From: Phoronis australis | Lineage: Eukaryota; Animalia; Phoronida | DNA: 64,000 nt | Assembly: GCA_002633005.1 (NCBI GenBank) | Contig: NMRA01000462.1 | Span: forward strand, 165,594 to 229,593 | Direction of reading: 5' to 3' | Part shown: in pieces, positions 11,304 to 22,765 of the stretch | Layout of the letters: each line of letters starts with the position of its first letter | Position numbering within the stretch: the stretch's first letter is position 1 | Program-made: the position numbers and the translations under genes | Notes under the pieces: model-generated | What the model saw: the letters and a program-made list of their open reading frames with translations, nothing else | Told to the model about the DNA's origin: nothing | The model's database searches: none

Positions 11304-12452
11304 CTGAAATAAAGAAAAAAAACCATATAGACATTCCAGTGGCCTGTTTCAAAAAGCTACTTTTAATTCACTTTCATGAAACAGTTTTAAAAAGACTTTT
11401 GACAGAAAATGTGGTTTTATGGTCCCACTGAACATTTGCTGAAAAAAGTTTAGCCAAGTAATTATTAGTGCATCACAGTCTAAAAATAAGTTATAGAAAT
11501 TATTTCTGTCAGCAACTAGCCGTTGTGCGTATATTCTCAGAGACTTGCATTTCTGCTGAAGTGAGATTTACTTATTTTTTCAAAAATAGTTGTGTGGAGC
11601 TTAAGAACAAATTTCAGTCTTTTACGACTTAAAAGTCTTAGGTCACTTTTGATGAAACAGAGCCCAGACAACGTGACAAATTTGTATGACTTTTCCACAT
11701 GCAGCCCACTTGCTATTTCCATAGTGCCTGCTTATCACCTGGGAAATCTTGTCATTTAGACACAAGATAAAAGGCAATGATCAGATATGATGTGCCCACA
11801 TTTTGAGAACCAGTTTGATTCCCATTTATTTAGAGTAGAAAGATGATTCTGAAAATGTGGGCACATTATATCGGACTATTTCCGCATATCCCACTTGGGA
11901 TGGGAAGAACAACTTGGCTTTGGTTGGTCAAGACTTGGCAGGGTGAAAGGTCAGGCCCAGAGCCAGTATTTTCAGCAAGTTGAAGTTCAGACAACGCAAT
12001 CATTCCTCTATTTTTTGTTCTAGTTGTAGCCAATAATGAGATAACTATCACACCAGCTCTGACTAAAACTTGTTAAAGATTCAGGGTAAGCAAATAAGTC
12101 AGCAAACATCAGAAATTTTAAAGTTTTAATGCCACACTATTTGCTTGCCACAATGGAAAACTTTAAACTGATTTTATTATATAAAATTACAAATTAAACC
12201 AAAGATTTTGCATGACAGGTACTTATCTGCTTAAAAATTCATGATTCAACCTTATTTGTCATATGAGTAAAAAACTGTCACGACTGTAAGACATTTTCAT
12301 TTTCCAACCCATAGAAATGTATAGAGTTCATTGATTGTTCCTAGGGCTAGACGCGTTACAAAAAATATTCTTGAATATGGTGACTTTAAACTAAGTCTTG
12401 AACTTTAAGACAAATCTAGAATTCCTGCGAAACAAACGCAATGAAAGAGTAC

Positions 12453-12515
12453 CGTGAGAGAGTTTTCCACTGATGTCTCTTGAAATGCAAAGTTTTTGGC
12501 AGCTTGTGCTAACAG
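12453..12515 (-). CDS. BORCS7: BORCS7 coding exon 2 of 5
   Basis: ttttttccag|LLAQAAKNFAFQETSVENSLT|gtactc, matching human LLGQAARNMVLQEDAILHSED. Confidence 0.9.
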
Positions 12516-13361
12516 CTGGAAAAAAGTAAATAAATACAAGGTATTATCAAGAGATTTAGCAACAACGAACCTGATGGGGACCCTTCTAAAAAGTTTGTGG
12601 TAATCGAAATTTATGGTAACCAAATCAAACTGGATACAGTATAGTTGGTTTGGAACTATTGGAATGGGATGTTACATATAACTAGGTAATTTGTAAAGTA
12701 ATTTTTCACTTACTTTGTGCACAAAAATGACTGCCAAATTTGTTATTTTTCCATTTTTCAAAGGCTGATAAATCATGAAAACTTCACCAAATGTTGTTTT
12801 ATGACATCTACACAGAACAAACCCTGTTGGCAACACACTAAAATGTTCTTAATCCGTACTTTTGTGAAGGAATTTGGACAAAACTGAATTTCACTTGTCG
12901 GCCATTTTTTATGCTAAATAAGTGAAGGATTACCAAACACAGCTCGACTGTACACCTCAAATATCAAAAAAGTACAAGAAGTGCCATTTAAGTAGCTGAT
13001 TGCCTTCCCAATGGTGGCACAAAAACTCAGTTCAAGATGGGTGTGTGGTGGTACTCAAAATATTATCCCTCTGACCTACGGAGGAGTCAGGGAGTTTGAA
13101 CCCTTCCTCAAGAGGCAGGACCAAAAAGGCAAGCAATATGGCACCACCAATTCTGAATCAGTAAACCTGTCACTAAATATATAGATCTGCACCAGTTCCA
13201 CAAAGGGTGCTTCCCATACATTACCGATGATGTTGGTTCGTTAATTTAAAATCCAGAATAAAAATCCTGCATTATTTTTTTAGCCATCATTGTTACTCTT
13301 GAGTTAAACCAACTTGCAGATACAATTTGCCAATGAATGGTGACGGCAGATACAGGTTTAC

Positions 13362-13481
13362 CTCACTGGATCTTGATTCCCTCAAAACCTGTCTAGTCAG
13401 AGAAGTTATCTCCAAAATATTTGCTGTAGTTTTCTCAGACAGCCTAGCCTTGGTTTCAGAATTCCAATTGGAGGAAGACAT
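13362..13481 (-). CDS. BORCS7: BORCS7 (BLOC-1-related complex subunit 7) coding exon 1 of 5; spliced CDS 312 nt, 103 aa
   Basis: MSSSNWNSETKARLSEKTTANILEITSLTRQVLRESRSSE|gtaaac matches human VKGLLTEKV...ALTKQVLKGSRSSE. An upstream acceptor ttttcag at 13521-13520 implies a further 5'UTR exon. Confidence 0.9.
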
Positions 13482-14319
13482 GCCAACCTGGGTTTCAGAA
13501 AGCCGAACCTCTTCAACGACTGAAAAGTAACGACAGACTTCATACACAGCTCTCTGGAGAGAAACACTTGGCATTATAACTGAATAAAAAATTTGAGTGT
13601 GGCAATGGTCACTGGACCTAGCCACCTGTACGCGAGCCCCGGCACTTATAAACAGTGATGGACTAAAAATCTCTTAAGTCCCTAAGCTGCAAAATGTCTG
13701 GGGCTCTAGTCATTTAAGCTGACAACAATCAACAGCACTTTTCCTCGTTTTTCAGATTTTTAAATTGAGAGAGTCCAGAAATTTCGTGAATTGAAGCAAA
13801 CCTAATTTCTGTTACCGGTAATCTATTCTCTAATTGACTATTCTGATCTCTGGCTGTATTTCATTATAACTACAAGAGTTTATGGCAAGGCAATTCTCCT
13901 CAAAACACGATTCAAATGATGGCTTCTATGACTACGTGAAAAGGGGCTATCAAACCGTGTTGGTTTGAATGGTACTGGGTGGACAAAAGTACATGATTCT
14001 GCAATAAAAATACTAATCTATCCCATGACGAGTCCCACTAATGCTGATAACATCCAACTCGAAATTCGTCAATCACAAGATCCTGCAGTGGGTTTAGGAG
14101 ATATAGCTGTGGGCGCAAAACAAAACAAAACTGCCACTAGGAGGTGCCACAATATTAGAAGTCGTAGAAAAACCATCGTCAGCCGTCCACTACATAGTAA
14201 GAACATACATGCCAATTTCCACAATCATCCTTTCTTTGAGTGGTTTGGTTGATAGAGGGGTGGAAGCAAAAAACAGACTCTAAAACTGTAAAAATGGAGG
14301 TGCAAACTATGTCGAATCC

Positions 14320-14595
14320 ATCTGAAAACGGGAGTATAACGTCATCTCACTAATAGGTGACAATATATTAAATTTTATGAAAATCCATTCAGGACTTTTA
14401 AAGATACAGAGGTAAGCGTAAAAAACTAAAATTGCCACTAGGGGGCACATCGGTAGTCGGATATGTCCGAAAGTTCGTGCATGCCGTCCCATCCACGGAA
14501 GAAACACATGTGCAAATTTCATGAACATACGTCAAGGCGTTTTGGAGATAGAGCAGTTGACAGTGGACGCCGGACGGAGATGACGGCCTAAAAAA
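14320..14595 (-). mobile_element. Helentron/HINE-like element fragment, same family as 45617
   Basis: Reverse complement matches 45660-45966 (cccctagtggcaattttagttttttacgcttac...attttcat.aaattt). Confidence 0.6.
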
Positions 14596-15240
14596 CACTT
14601 CTTCTTCACGACATTTGTTGAACGTCGTTTGAAATTTTTATTGGAAGTGAGCTCATCAGATAAACGCAGACAATGAGAGAGTTGGACTACTAGTATGTAA
14701 ACATTGGTTTGCCAACTTTCGCCCCTTGCTATCGGTGTCAAACTCAGTGATAACAACTTTGCTGTATACCGACTAGCCAATCAGTGAAATCGGTATACTC
14801 GATCATCCCACACCGCGGGTACGTAACATGTTGGAGGAAACTCATGTGCTCCACTAATTATATTTGACCAGTACCTTAAGTTAATTTTGCATTACGACTA
14901 GAGCAACATAGTCATCTGAAAAGAGGACACAATCGAAGCCTTTGGTTCATGGGAGCTTGTTTCTATTTGATAGAGTTCATAATTTCTAGTGTACACCATT
15001 ATAAGTCAAAGACGGCAGTGCGTACCGCATAGATGTGTCAGAAGTCTGGTGAGGTTTGCAATCTCGTCACAATGTGACACGCATCTCACTCACTGTGATT
15101 GCCTGTTGCTTGATCTTGAATAGGGGCCATTTGTGATTCATTGCCGCTTAACGGATCAAGCAGCTCATATGCGCATCACGATTGCAAACCTTGCCCGACT
15201 TCTGGCGCATCCATGTTACTATGTAGTATATTGCCTATTA

Positions 15241-15294
15241 GGCAATGACCATCGCCTCTGTTGGCCCGGGCCAACAGAGGCAGTGGTCACTGCC
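15241..15294. mobile_element. 54-bp minimal MITE consisting of two abutting TIRs of the GGCAATGACC family
   Basis: ta|GGCAATGACCATCGCCTCTGTTGGCCC-GGGCCAACAGAGGCAGTGGTCACTGCC|ta; same termini as 16326-17230. Confidence 0.75.
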
Positions 15295-15483
15295 TAATTG
15301 CCTCATATGTAGTAGTGGCATACGCACTACTTACTCCCTTGTTTACTTATTTTTGGTTCAACCGTTCTACTTATGGTGTACGAGATGTTCTAACCTGCTG
15401 AAAGATAGAATTAATTATAAGTTCCCATTCAGTGTTCGCCGCGCATCCGACTTCGAGCCACAGCCAAGCCACCGACAACTCAC

Positions 15484-15755
15484 TGACAGTGACTGACACT
15501 GTCGAACTTCTTCGACTCGAAGTGTCGAAATCTGAATTTGAAGTTGAGCCTGACTTGATGTCCCAGGCCAGATTGCTTCTAAAGTAGATTTACCCTAACC
15601 CAAACATACATCAAACTAAAAGCAAGCTCTGGTCATATATTTATCTTTGCAAGTAGAGCAGAGATAGATAACGCCCAGCCAATGTCGAGCCACACGACCT
15701 TGAGGCTTGAATAGTTGACAAACAAGATTTTGCTCTGTCCATAGATGGCGTAAGT
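15484..15755. promoter_or_regulatory. Candidate bidirectional promoter and first exons of BORCS7 (-) and ATP5MK (+)
   Basis: Minus-strand donor GTGAGT at 15483, plus-strand donor GTAAGT at 15750, a CCAAT near 15679 and local CpG enrichment. Both genes need an upstream 5'UTR exon. This is inference only. Confidence 0.3.
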
Positions 15756-16325
15756 AGGACTTTTTGATGTTTTTTTTACAAATAATGAATAGAGAATGAA
15801 TATAAACTGTGAACAGCAAAATTATGTAAAAAAGTAACATCTTTAATGAAAAACGGTGATAACATAGTGTTGTTTGGCACACTTTGAAAAAATAAAAATG
15901 ACCAATGAGCTTTCAGACAATTCTTCTCTGCGGCCTCGCACTTCTACAGGAGAGTGGCTTACGATTTGTGGTAAGAACAGATTCCGAAAGTTCATATTTT
16001 CACAGTTTCGATCTACGACGTGTTGTTGCTTGAAATCTGAAGTCCAGAAACTGTCGTAATACGATGGAAGATGGAGCGTTGTGGCTACCAAAAGCGTAAA
16101 ATGCGCATCTAAAACTTAGCTAGTCCACAATTCAAAGTCTCCGCTAGCCAGCCAGTTACTGCTGTATGAAGACTGTCGTCAAAATACAGCTAGGTCTCAC
16201 TGCGTGTATTTCTTCCGTAGACAACGAAATTGCATGCAGCCAGTGTAGTTCTGCTCGTCACTGCGCTGTGAAACTTTTATCAACATGTAAAGCTAAAGAC
16301 CGGACGGTGTGCATGCAAAATCTTA

Positions 16326-17230
16326 GGCAATGACCATCGCCTCTGTTGGCCCGAAGCAGAGGCGATGTAGAGGCTATAGGCGCTCTGTACGCCGGAAGCT
16401 TTTCGGCGAATTTTGCCTCGCATCGACTAAACCATCAAAGTCACGTTGTTCTAAATACCTTTTGCGCATAGAGGAACACCTTAGGAGGTTGTCGATGTGT
16501 TTAATTCCTTCCAACTCGAACAAATACTCCCGTTATGAAACTTTTTCTTCGAGCAGTCCCTATTTCAGTTCCCAAAATCGTGAAATCAACTTTTTCATTT
16601 TTTTAACCAGGCCGAAGGTCAGAAGTTGCGGACCTACCGGCGAACTTTGAAAGCTGAAGTTCCCGCCCTTCGCGTACGTGCTGCCGGGAACCAGCCGTGC
16701 ATTTGCCGTGTTGTTAAACATTAAAATGTCAAATATGTGCAAAAAGACTATTAAATGTCATATCAACAGCATTTATTTTTATCAAATACAAACAATGATT
16801 CATTGAAATACAATCAGTTTCAAGTAACGCCAATTAAAGACAAGTATAAGTGGTGGCATTTTGGAAACGAACATTTGACTGACAAGACCGCAATGGCTCA
16901 CCTTTGGCCTATTTAAAGATTGAGGTCATGAATTGGAGCGTGCGCAGTATAAAAATGGTGAGTTCACGATTTTGGGAACTGAAATAGAGACTGCTCGAAG
17001 AAAAAGTTTCATAACGGGAGTATTTGTTCGAGTTGGAAGGAATTAAACACATCGGCAACCTCCTAAGGTGTTCCTCTATGCGCAAAAGGTATTTAGAACA
17101 ACGTGACTTTGATGGTTTAGTCGGTGCGAGGCAAAATTCGCCGAAAAGCTTCCGGCGTACAGAGCGCCTATAGCCTCTACATCGCCTCTGCTTCGGCCAG
17201 TTCGGGCCAACAGAGGCGATGGTCATTGCC
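16326..17230. mobile_element. 905-bp non-autonomous TIR element with ~260-bp inverted arms
   Basis: ta|GGCAATGACC...GGTCATTGCC|ta. The arms (16326-~16590 and ~16960-17230) are near-identical, producing the mirror ORFs 16330+ and 16909-. Arm segments recur at ~19480, ~20790 and ~34975. Confidence 0.85.
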
Positions 17231-17369
17231 TAGCAAAATCTGGGAGTCAACCGACACCTTCCCCTTTACAGCCGTTTAACTTTAAGTGAAAAACAATGCA
17301 ATAAACGTCATTTTCTTGTGTAACTCTCTGCCTTTTCTAACAATGATAAGTATTTTGTCGTTTTGAAAA

Positions 17370-17805
17370 CAGTATGCTTGTGTCACACGCACGCGCCATT
17401 TCCTAAATTTTTGTGACATCTCTCGGGAGATGATGATAGCTTGGCAGCAACAAAATTTCCTCTGAAATTCGATTTTTCGGTACCAAAATTCTAAAAACTT
17501 TTAATGAAGTGAAACCAGTTCTGATAATTTGTTGTGACGTATACGCAACCTTGTGAAAGAACAACAGTTGATTGAAGAATCGGCGAAAAAAGAAACTGGT
17601 CAATAGGTGACACAAAAAATTTCATGGTGCCGAAAGCCGTCACTAAAGATCGCTCCACAACTTTAGCAGCTGAATAACGGTAGAACGCCATTTTTGCCAA
17701 CACCGTTAAATAATTTAATTTACTCAAGGAAGGCTGTAGTTTTTAATGACACTAATTTTGTGTCAGATTTTATATTACCACTTTTTTACCCGCATCGGTG
17801 CAAAG
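17370..17805 (+). repeat. Dispersed repeat; diverged copy at ~39722-40152
   Basis: Shared cttgtg.cacacgcac.cgcc.ttt.cctaaa...gaaaccagttctgataatttgttgtg...ttttaccc.catcggtgcaaag. Confidence 0.7.
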
Positions 17806-18519
17806 CTGCCTTGGCCAGAGCAGATCGACGCTTTTATTAAGGTCAAATTGACCAAGACCCGTCTATCCCCTGCCCGAGTTACGTTCCCAAGGGTTCAAAT
17901 TCGATCCTATGGTGACCTCGGGTACGCATCTAGCTCTGCTGGCAAGAATCCGCAAAAAAGCAGAAGTTGTTTTTGAGGTCCAGATTGGTATGTGAAAAGG
18001 GTATCACTTCAAACAATTTCGTGGAAAAATGGTCGAATGGTCACAATTTAAAAAAAATTAGAAAAGGTGAAATGCTCCTCCATATTATGTCAGGACAACT
18101 TTAGCGGGAATCTCGCGTGGGCAAACCATTCAGAATAGATGATGCTGTTTCATTCATTAACTACGGTTGTCGCTGTAATCTTGTGTTGAGCTAGCATGGC
18201 GGCGTCAACGGGAAAATAGTGTGAACAAAAATTTGACGATAAAATACGGTGGAAAAAACGTGGTAGGGGGATAAATTTATATATTTTTGGAAATATAACG
18301 TTGCGATAAATCTTATGATACCAAAATCAAGTGTGTAGGTCAATGTCGTCATATTGTAAACAATTACCTAGTACGCCACCAGAGTTGGTGCTACCTCTCT
18401 GCTCCCTTCCCATGTTAAGTCTTAAGACATCATTGCACTTCATGCACGTTGACAAAAATTGTAAGAATTGAGGCTTATACTACACTACAGGTGCTCCTAA
18501 TCACCTAATGGTACTGTCT

Positions 18520-21130
18520 CACTACAGTATTGGATCTATTTAGAAGGTGCCAGGTGTGTGGCGAGGCAGTCACACGGCGGGATGTAAGTGGTCTGGGTGC
18601 TCAGGTCACCATCCAGTGAGAACAGCATAGGCATTCCATAATTAAGGTCGGCATAACAGTGCACACCGTGCATTTGCACCAAGACATCCCACCACGTCTG
18701 CCCTCATTCTCTGCCTCATCCCTCTCAACAGCTGTATGTGGGTATTCTGCCTCACTATACTCGTGCTCAAACTTTATCTACCCACTCACTGTTCGTGAAC
18801 AAATTCCTCGTCTCCACTCCTATGAACAATGTCTCTGTCACTCGCGTCACTTTGTCTGTGATATGGGTCGCCAACTCCAGCTACTACAAACTAAACAATC
18901 TCTAAATCCAACGTAATTGAGTTCTCTAACAACCTGGCTTGTCGTAAAGTACTCGTCAATGGGAAATGGTGACAACAATTTTAGGAAACCAGCACGAAAA
19001 CAACAGTGGAACAGATCCTCACAGTAAACTCGAACGCAGAAACAAACTGGCAGGAAATACTTGACCCCTAAACGTCACATCCGGAGTAGGGCATGACTAA
19101 TTAATAAAATTACTGGAAGCTGTATTTAACTGTAACATGTGTCTGACTCTGGGATAATCAACGGAGGGTATTTTGTTACTAAAAATGACATGAAAAAAGG
19201 TTGCCTTCTCCTTTGAAAATTGGTAATGGGAGACAAAAATCTCTTCATGTGAAGAATTACGCTTAATCGCAGGAATGAAATTCACAAAGTTCTGATTCGC
19301 TTTGACTGACTGGTCACCTCTTTTCAGCTCTTGCTGAGCAATAGACATGTCTCTGTCTGTCCTGCCTCCTCTCGGCGTGTAGCAGACCGCTGACTTACCC
19401 ATAACCCTCTGTACATGTCCGTTTGACCACGAGCTCACGTACTATTATGGCATTCAATCTTCAATTTCGGTGACAGAACAAAGGACTGTTTGAAAAAAGT
19501 GTGGGTTGTGGGAGTATTTGTTCCAGTTGGAATGATATAAAAACTCCAACTGCCTCTAAAAGTACGCATTAATGTAACTTTGATGGGTGAGCTTGGGTTA
19601 AGCGTAATTTTCAGAAAATCTTGCAGCTTACAGGCTTGATTATGATGTGCCATTGTCTAACTGAACAACTGAAGGCAAAAACTGTTAGCGACAGTAATAT
19701 ACAGGGGCGGATCCAGGATTTTGGGTAAGGGGGACCAGGGCAGAGTATTAGCCAGTATTTTGCCCGTCAGACATTCGCACCCCTGAACTGCCAAATTGAA
19801 TCTGGGATAATTTTAGGGGGGGGGNCACTACAGTATTGGATCTATTTAGAAGGTGCCAGGTGTGTGGCGAGGCAGTCACACGGCGGGATGTAAGTGGTCT
19901 GGGTGCTCAGGTCACCATCCAGTGGGAACAGCATAGGCATTCCATAATTAAGGTCGGCATAACAGTGCACACGGTGCATTTGCACCAAGACGTCCCACCA
20001 TGTCTGCCCTCATTCTGTGCCTCATCCCTCTCAACAGCTGTATGTGCGTATTCTGCCTCACTATACTCGTGCTCAAACTTTATCTACCCACTCACTGTTT
20101 GTGAACAAATTCCTCGTCTCCACTCCTATGAACAATGTCTCTGTCACTCGCGTCACTTTGTCTGTGATATGGGTCGCCAACTCCAGCTATTACAAACTAA
20201 ACAATCTCTAAATCCAACGTAATTGAGTTCTCTAACAACCTGGCTTGTCGTAAAATACTCGTCAATGGGAAATGGTGACAACAATTTTAGGAAACCAGCA
20301 CGAAAACAACAGTGGAACAGATCCTCACAGTAAACTCGAACGCAGAAACAAACTGGCAGGACATACTTGACCCCCAAACGTCACATCCGGAGTAGGACAT
20401 GACTAATTAATAAAATTACTAGAAGCTGTATTTAACTGTATCATGTGTCTGACTCTGGGATAATCAATGAAGGGTATTTTGTTACTAAAAATGACATGAA
20501 AAAAGGTTGCCTTCTCCTTTGACAATTGGTAATGGGAGACAAAAATCTCTTCATGTGAAGAATTACGCTTAATTGCAGGAATGAAATTCACAAAGTTCTG
20601 ATTCGCTTTGACTGACTGGTCACCTCTTTTCAGCTCTTGCTGAGCAATAGACAGGTCTCCGTCTGTCCTGCCTCCTCTCGGCGTGTAGCAGACCGCTGAC
20701 TTACCCATAACCCTCTGTACATGTCCATTTGACCACGAGCTCACGTACTATTATGGCATTCAATCTTCAATTTCGGTGACAGAACAAAGGACTGTTTGAA
20801 AAAAGTTTGGATTGTGGGAGTATTTGTTCTAGTTGGAATGATATAAAAACTCCAACTGCCTCTAAAAGTACGCAGTAATGTAACTTTGATGGGTGAGCTT
20901 GGGTTAAGCTTAATTTTCAGAAAATCTTGCAGCTTACAGGCTTGATTAGGATGTGCCATTGTCTAACTGAACAACTGAAGGCAAAAACTGTTAGCGACAG
21001 TAATATACAGGGGCGGATCCAGGATTTTGGGTAAGGGGGACCAGGGCAGAGTATTATCCAGTATTTTGCCCGTCAGACATTCGCACCCCTGAACTGCCAA
21101 ATTGAATCTGGGATAATTTTAGGGGGGGGG
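18520..21130 (+). repeat. Near-identical 1.3-kb tandem duplication (18520-19824 / 19826-21130) joined by a single N; probable uncollapsed alleles
   Basis: Constant offset of 1306 with scattered substitutions. The break falls in a poly-G run. Confidence 0.8.
18528..18771. mobile_element. Internally deleted Kolobok-like transposon remnant: transposase N-terminal fragment (+) abutting a convergent KolX/P2X7-ballast-like fragment (-); duplicated at 19834-20077
   Basis: Plus strand after actacag: LDLFRRCQVCGEAVTRRDVSGLGAQVTIQW. Minus strand 18771-18622: FEHEYSEAE...EGRRGGMSWCKCTVCTVMPTLIMECLCC. Confidence 0.6.
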
Positions 21131-21165
21131 CATGGCCCCCTTGCCCCCCTCTAAATCAGCCACTG
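21008..21165. mobile_element. Short hAT-type MITE; partial copy at 19702-19824
   Basis: Termini CAGGGGCGGATCCAG ... CTAAATCAGCCACTG with G/C-run subtermini. No clean TSD. Confidence 0.6.
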
Positions 21166-22271
21166 ATATAAACTAAACAATTATAATAGATTATAATCAT
21201 CACTATGTAACCAAACCTTAAAGTATCAACAAAACTCCCAGAACTCTGAAATGTCCTTTTTAACCAAAATTCACCATTGGCCAAAGTATACCCTATCCTT
21301 GATTCCTGCCTGAAGTTGCCACAACTAATGCCTTTGTGCCAGTTTCAAGTGTCTCCAACCGCTAGAAGACTAGTTAGTTCTTGGAATGGGACTAGCCTAA
21401 GTAGCGTTGGATGTGAAGTAGTATCATTACCATTTGATCATACACTTATAGTAAAGTAATCCAAGTGGTGTTCTCTGCACCAAAGCGAGTCTCAGCCACA
21501 CTAGTATGACTTTGACAGGCTCAGCCTTACATCTTGCAAAAAAATTTTCGCTTCAGAAATTACAGATTTTTGAATCGATGCTTTTAGTTGTTTTTTCATC
21601 TGATTGGTTCTTGAAGCTTACAGGCTAGATAAGAAATAAGCTACAAGATTAGTACACCCATTTTACGTGTTGATTTGTTCTCGCGTATTTGACAACTTTA
21701 CAAGCCAGATATTGTAAAAATAAGTATCCACCGCCATTTCATGTCACCGCTACTGTGTACAACTTTGTAATCAACTATTGTATACCACTTTGTGATGGAC
21801 TATTGTATACAACTTCGTAGTCAACTGTTATATACGTCTTTGTAATTGACTGTTGTGTACGACATGTGTTCTCAAACTTCATTTTTTGAGCTAAAAGTGA
21901 TTTACAACTTGTTGATTGAAAATGAGTATGTCTAGTTTTGCTACGATTTTCGATTAACTGAGAAGAATGCAACATTTGGACTGCCGTCTAGACATTCCGA
22001 TTGTCATATATGAAGGTAACATTAAGTCATCTACAAAAAAACAAGGGCTTCAGACTTACACGATGACTCCTAGTTATAACTGAAAACTTTCTGTAATAGT
22101 CTTTCACGTGGCTTTGCTATGGTCCTGAGATACACTTTAGACAGAATCACAGTACGTGTCTAAAGCACTGGGATCTAATGTGTTCACCGTGCTATCGATC
22201 TTTTGTAAAGAATACAAAATGTGTGTGGCAATAATTTACCATATTGTGCCTGTTTTGCCCAGGTCTTCAAG

Positions 22272-22355
22272 ATGGCTGGTGGAGATGAATCAATGTACAA
22301 ATTTACTGGCTGGAAGTATCACTTCAACTCCTTCACAGAGAGAGGCAGGTTTAAC
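22272..22355 (+). CDS. ATP5MK: ATP synthase membrane subunit k (DAPIT/USMG5), coding exon 1 of 2
   Basis: Acceptor ttttgcccag at 22262, then AAG ATG G. Reads MAGGDESMYKFTGWKYHFNSFTERGRFN|gtaagt, matching human MAGPESDAQYQFTGIKKYFNSYTLTGRMN. Confidence 0.92.
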
Positions 22356-22672
22356 GTAAGTAACAGCAACACATTCAGTTGACTATCAAAGCAGTATGGT
22401 TAACTGTATAATTATGTATCCTGTATCTTTTGTCAGTGGATATAAGTAAGTAATTGTGACATATGTAAGGACTTGTTGGTCTTGAACTTGCTCAGATAAA
22501 ACCTGTAGGAGTACAGACTGTAAAATGGGTCACTTCTCACATGTTGGTATATCCTGAAACTGCGAAACGTCACCCAAGAATTCACATCGTTGTATAGAGT
22601 TCAGTTTGCTGTAGTGCGAGATTTCGTTTGCACTTGTTAGTGACAAATCCATCTCCCTTCTCCTTTTTTCAG

Positions 22673-22765
22673 TGGGTGGTGACTACCTGGGGAACTATAG
22701 GAGCTCTCTATCTTTTCTACAAGTTAAAGAACAGAAAAGCAAACAAGGCAATAGCTGACAAGTAA
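22673..22765 (+). CDS. ATP5MK: ATP5MK coding exon 2 of 2; total 58 aa
   Basis: ccttttttcag|WVVTTWGTIGALYLFYKLKNRKANKAIADK*, a TM helix plus basic tail matching human CVLATYGSIALIVLYFKLRSKK. Confidence 0.92.
   Translation, partial: WVVTTWGTIGALYLFYKLKNRKANKAIADK

Noticed and set aside
16330-17226. Two mirror-image ~105-aa ORFs
   Set aside because: By-products of the inverted arms of a MITE.
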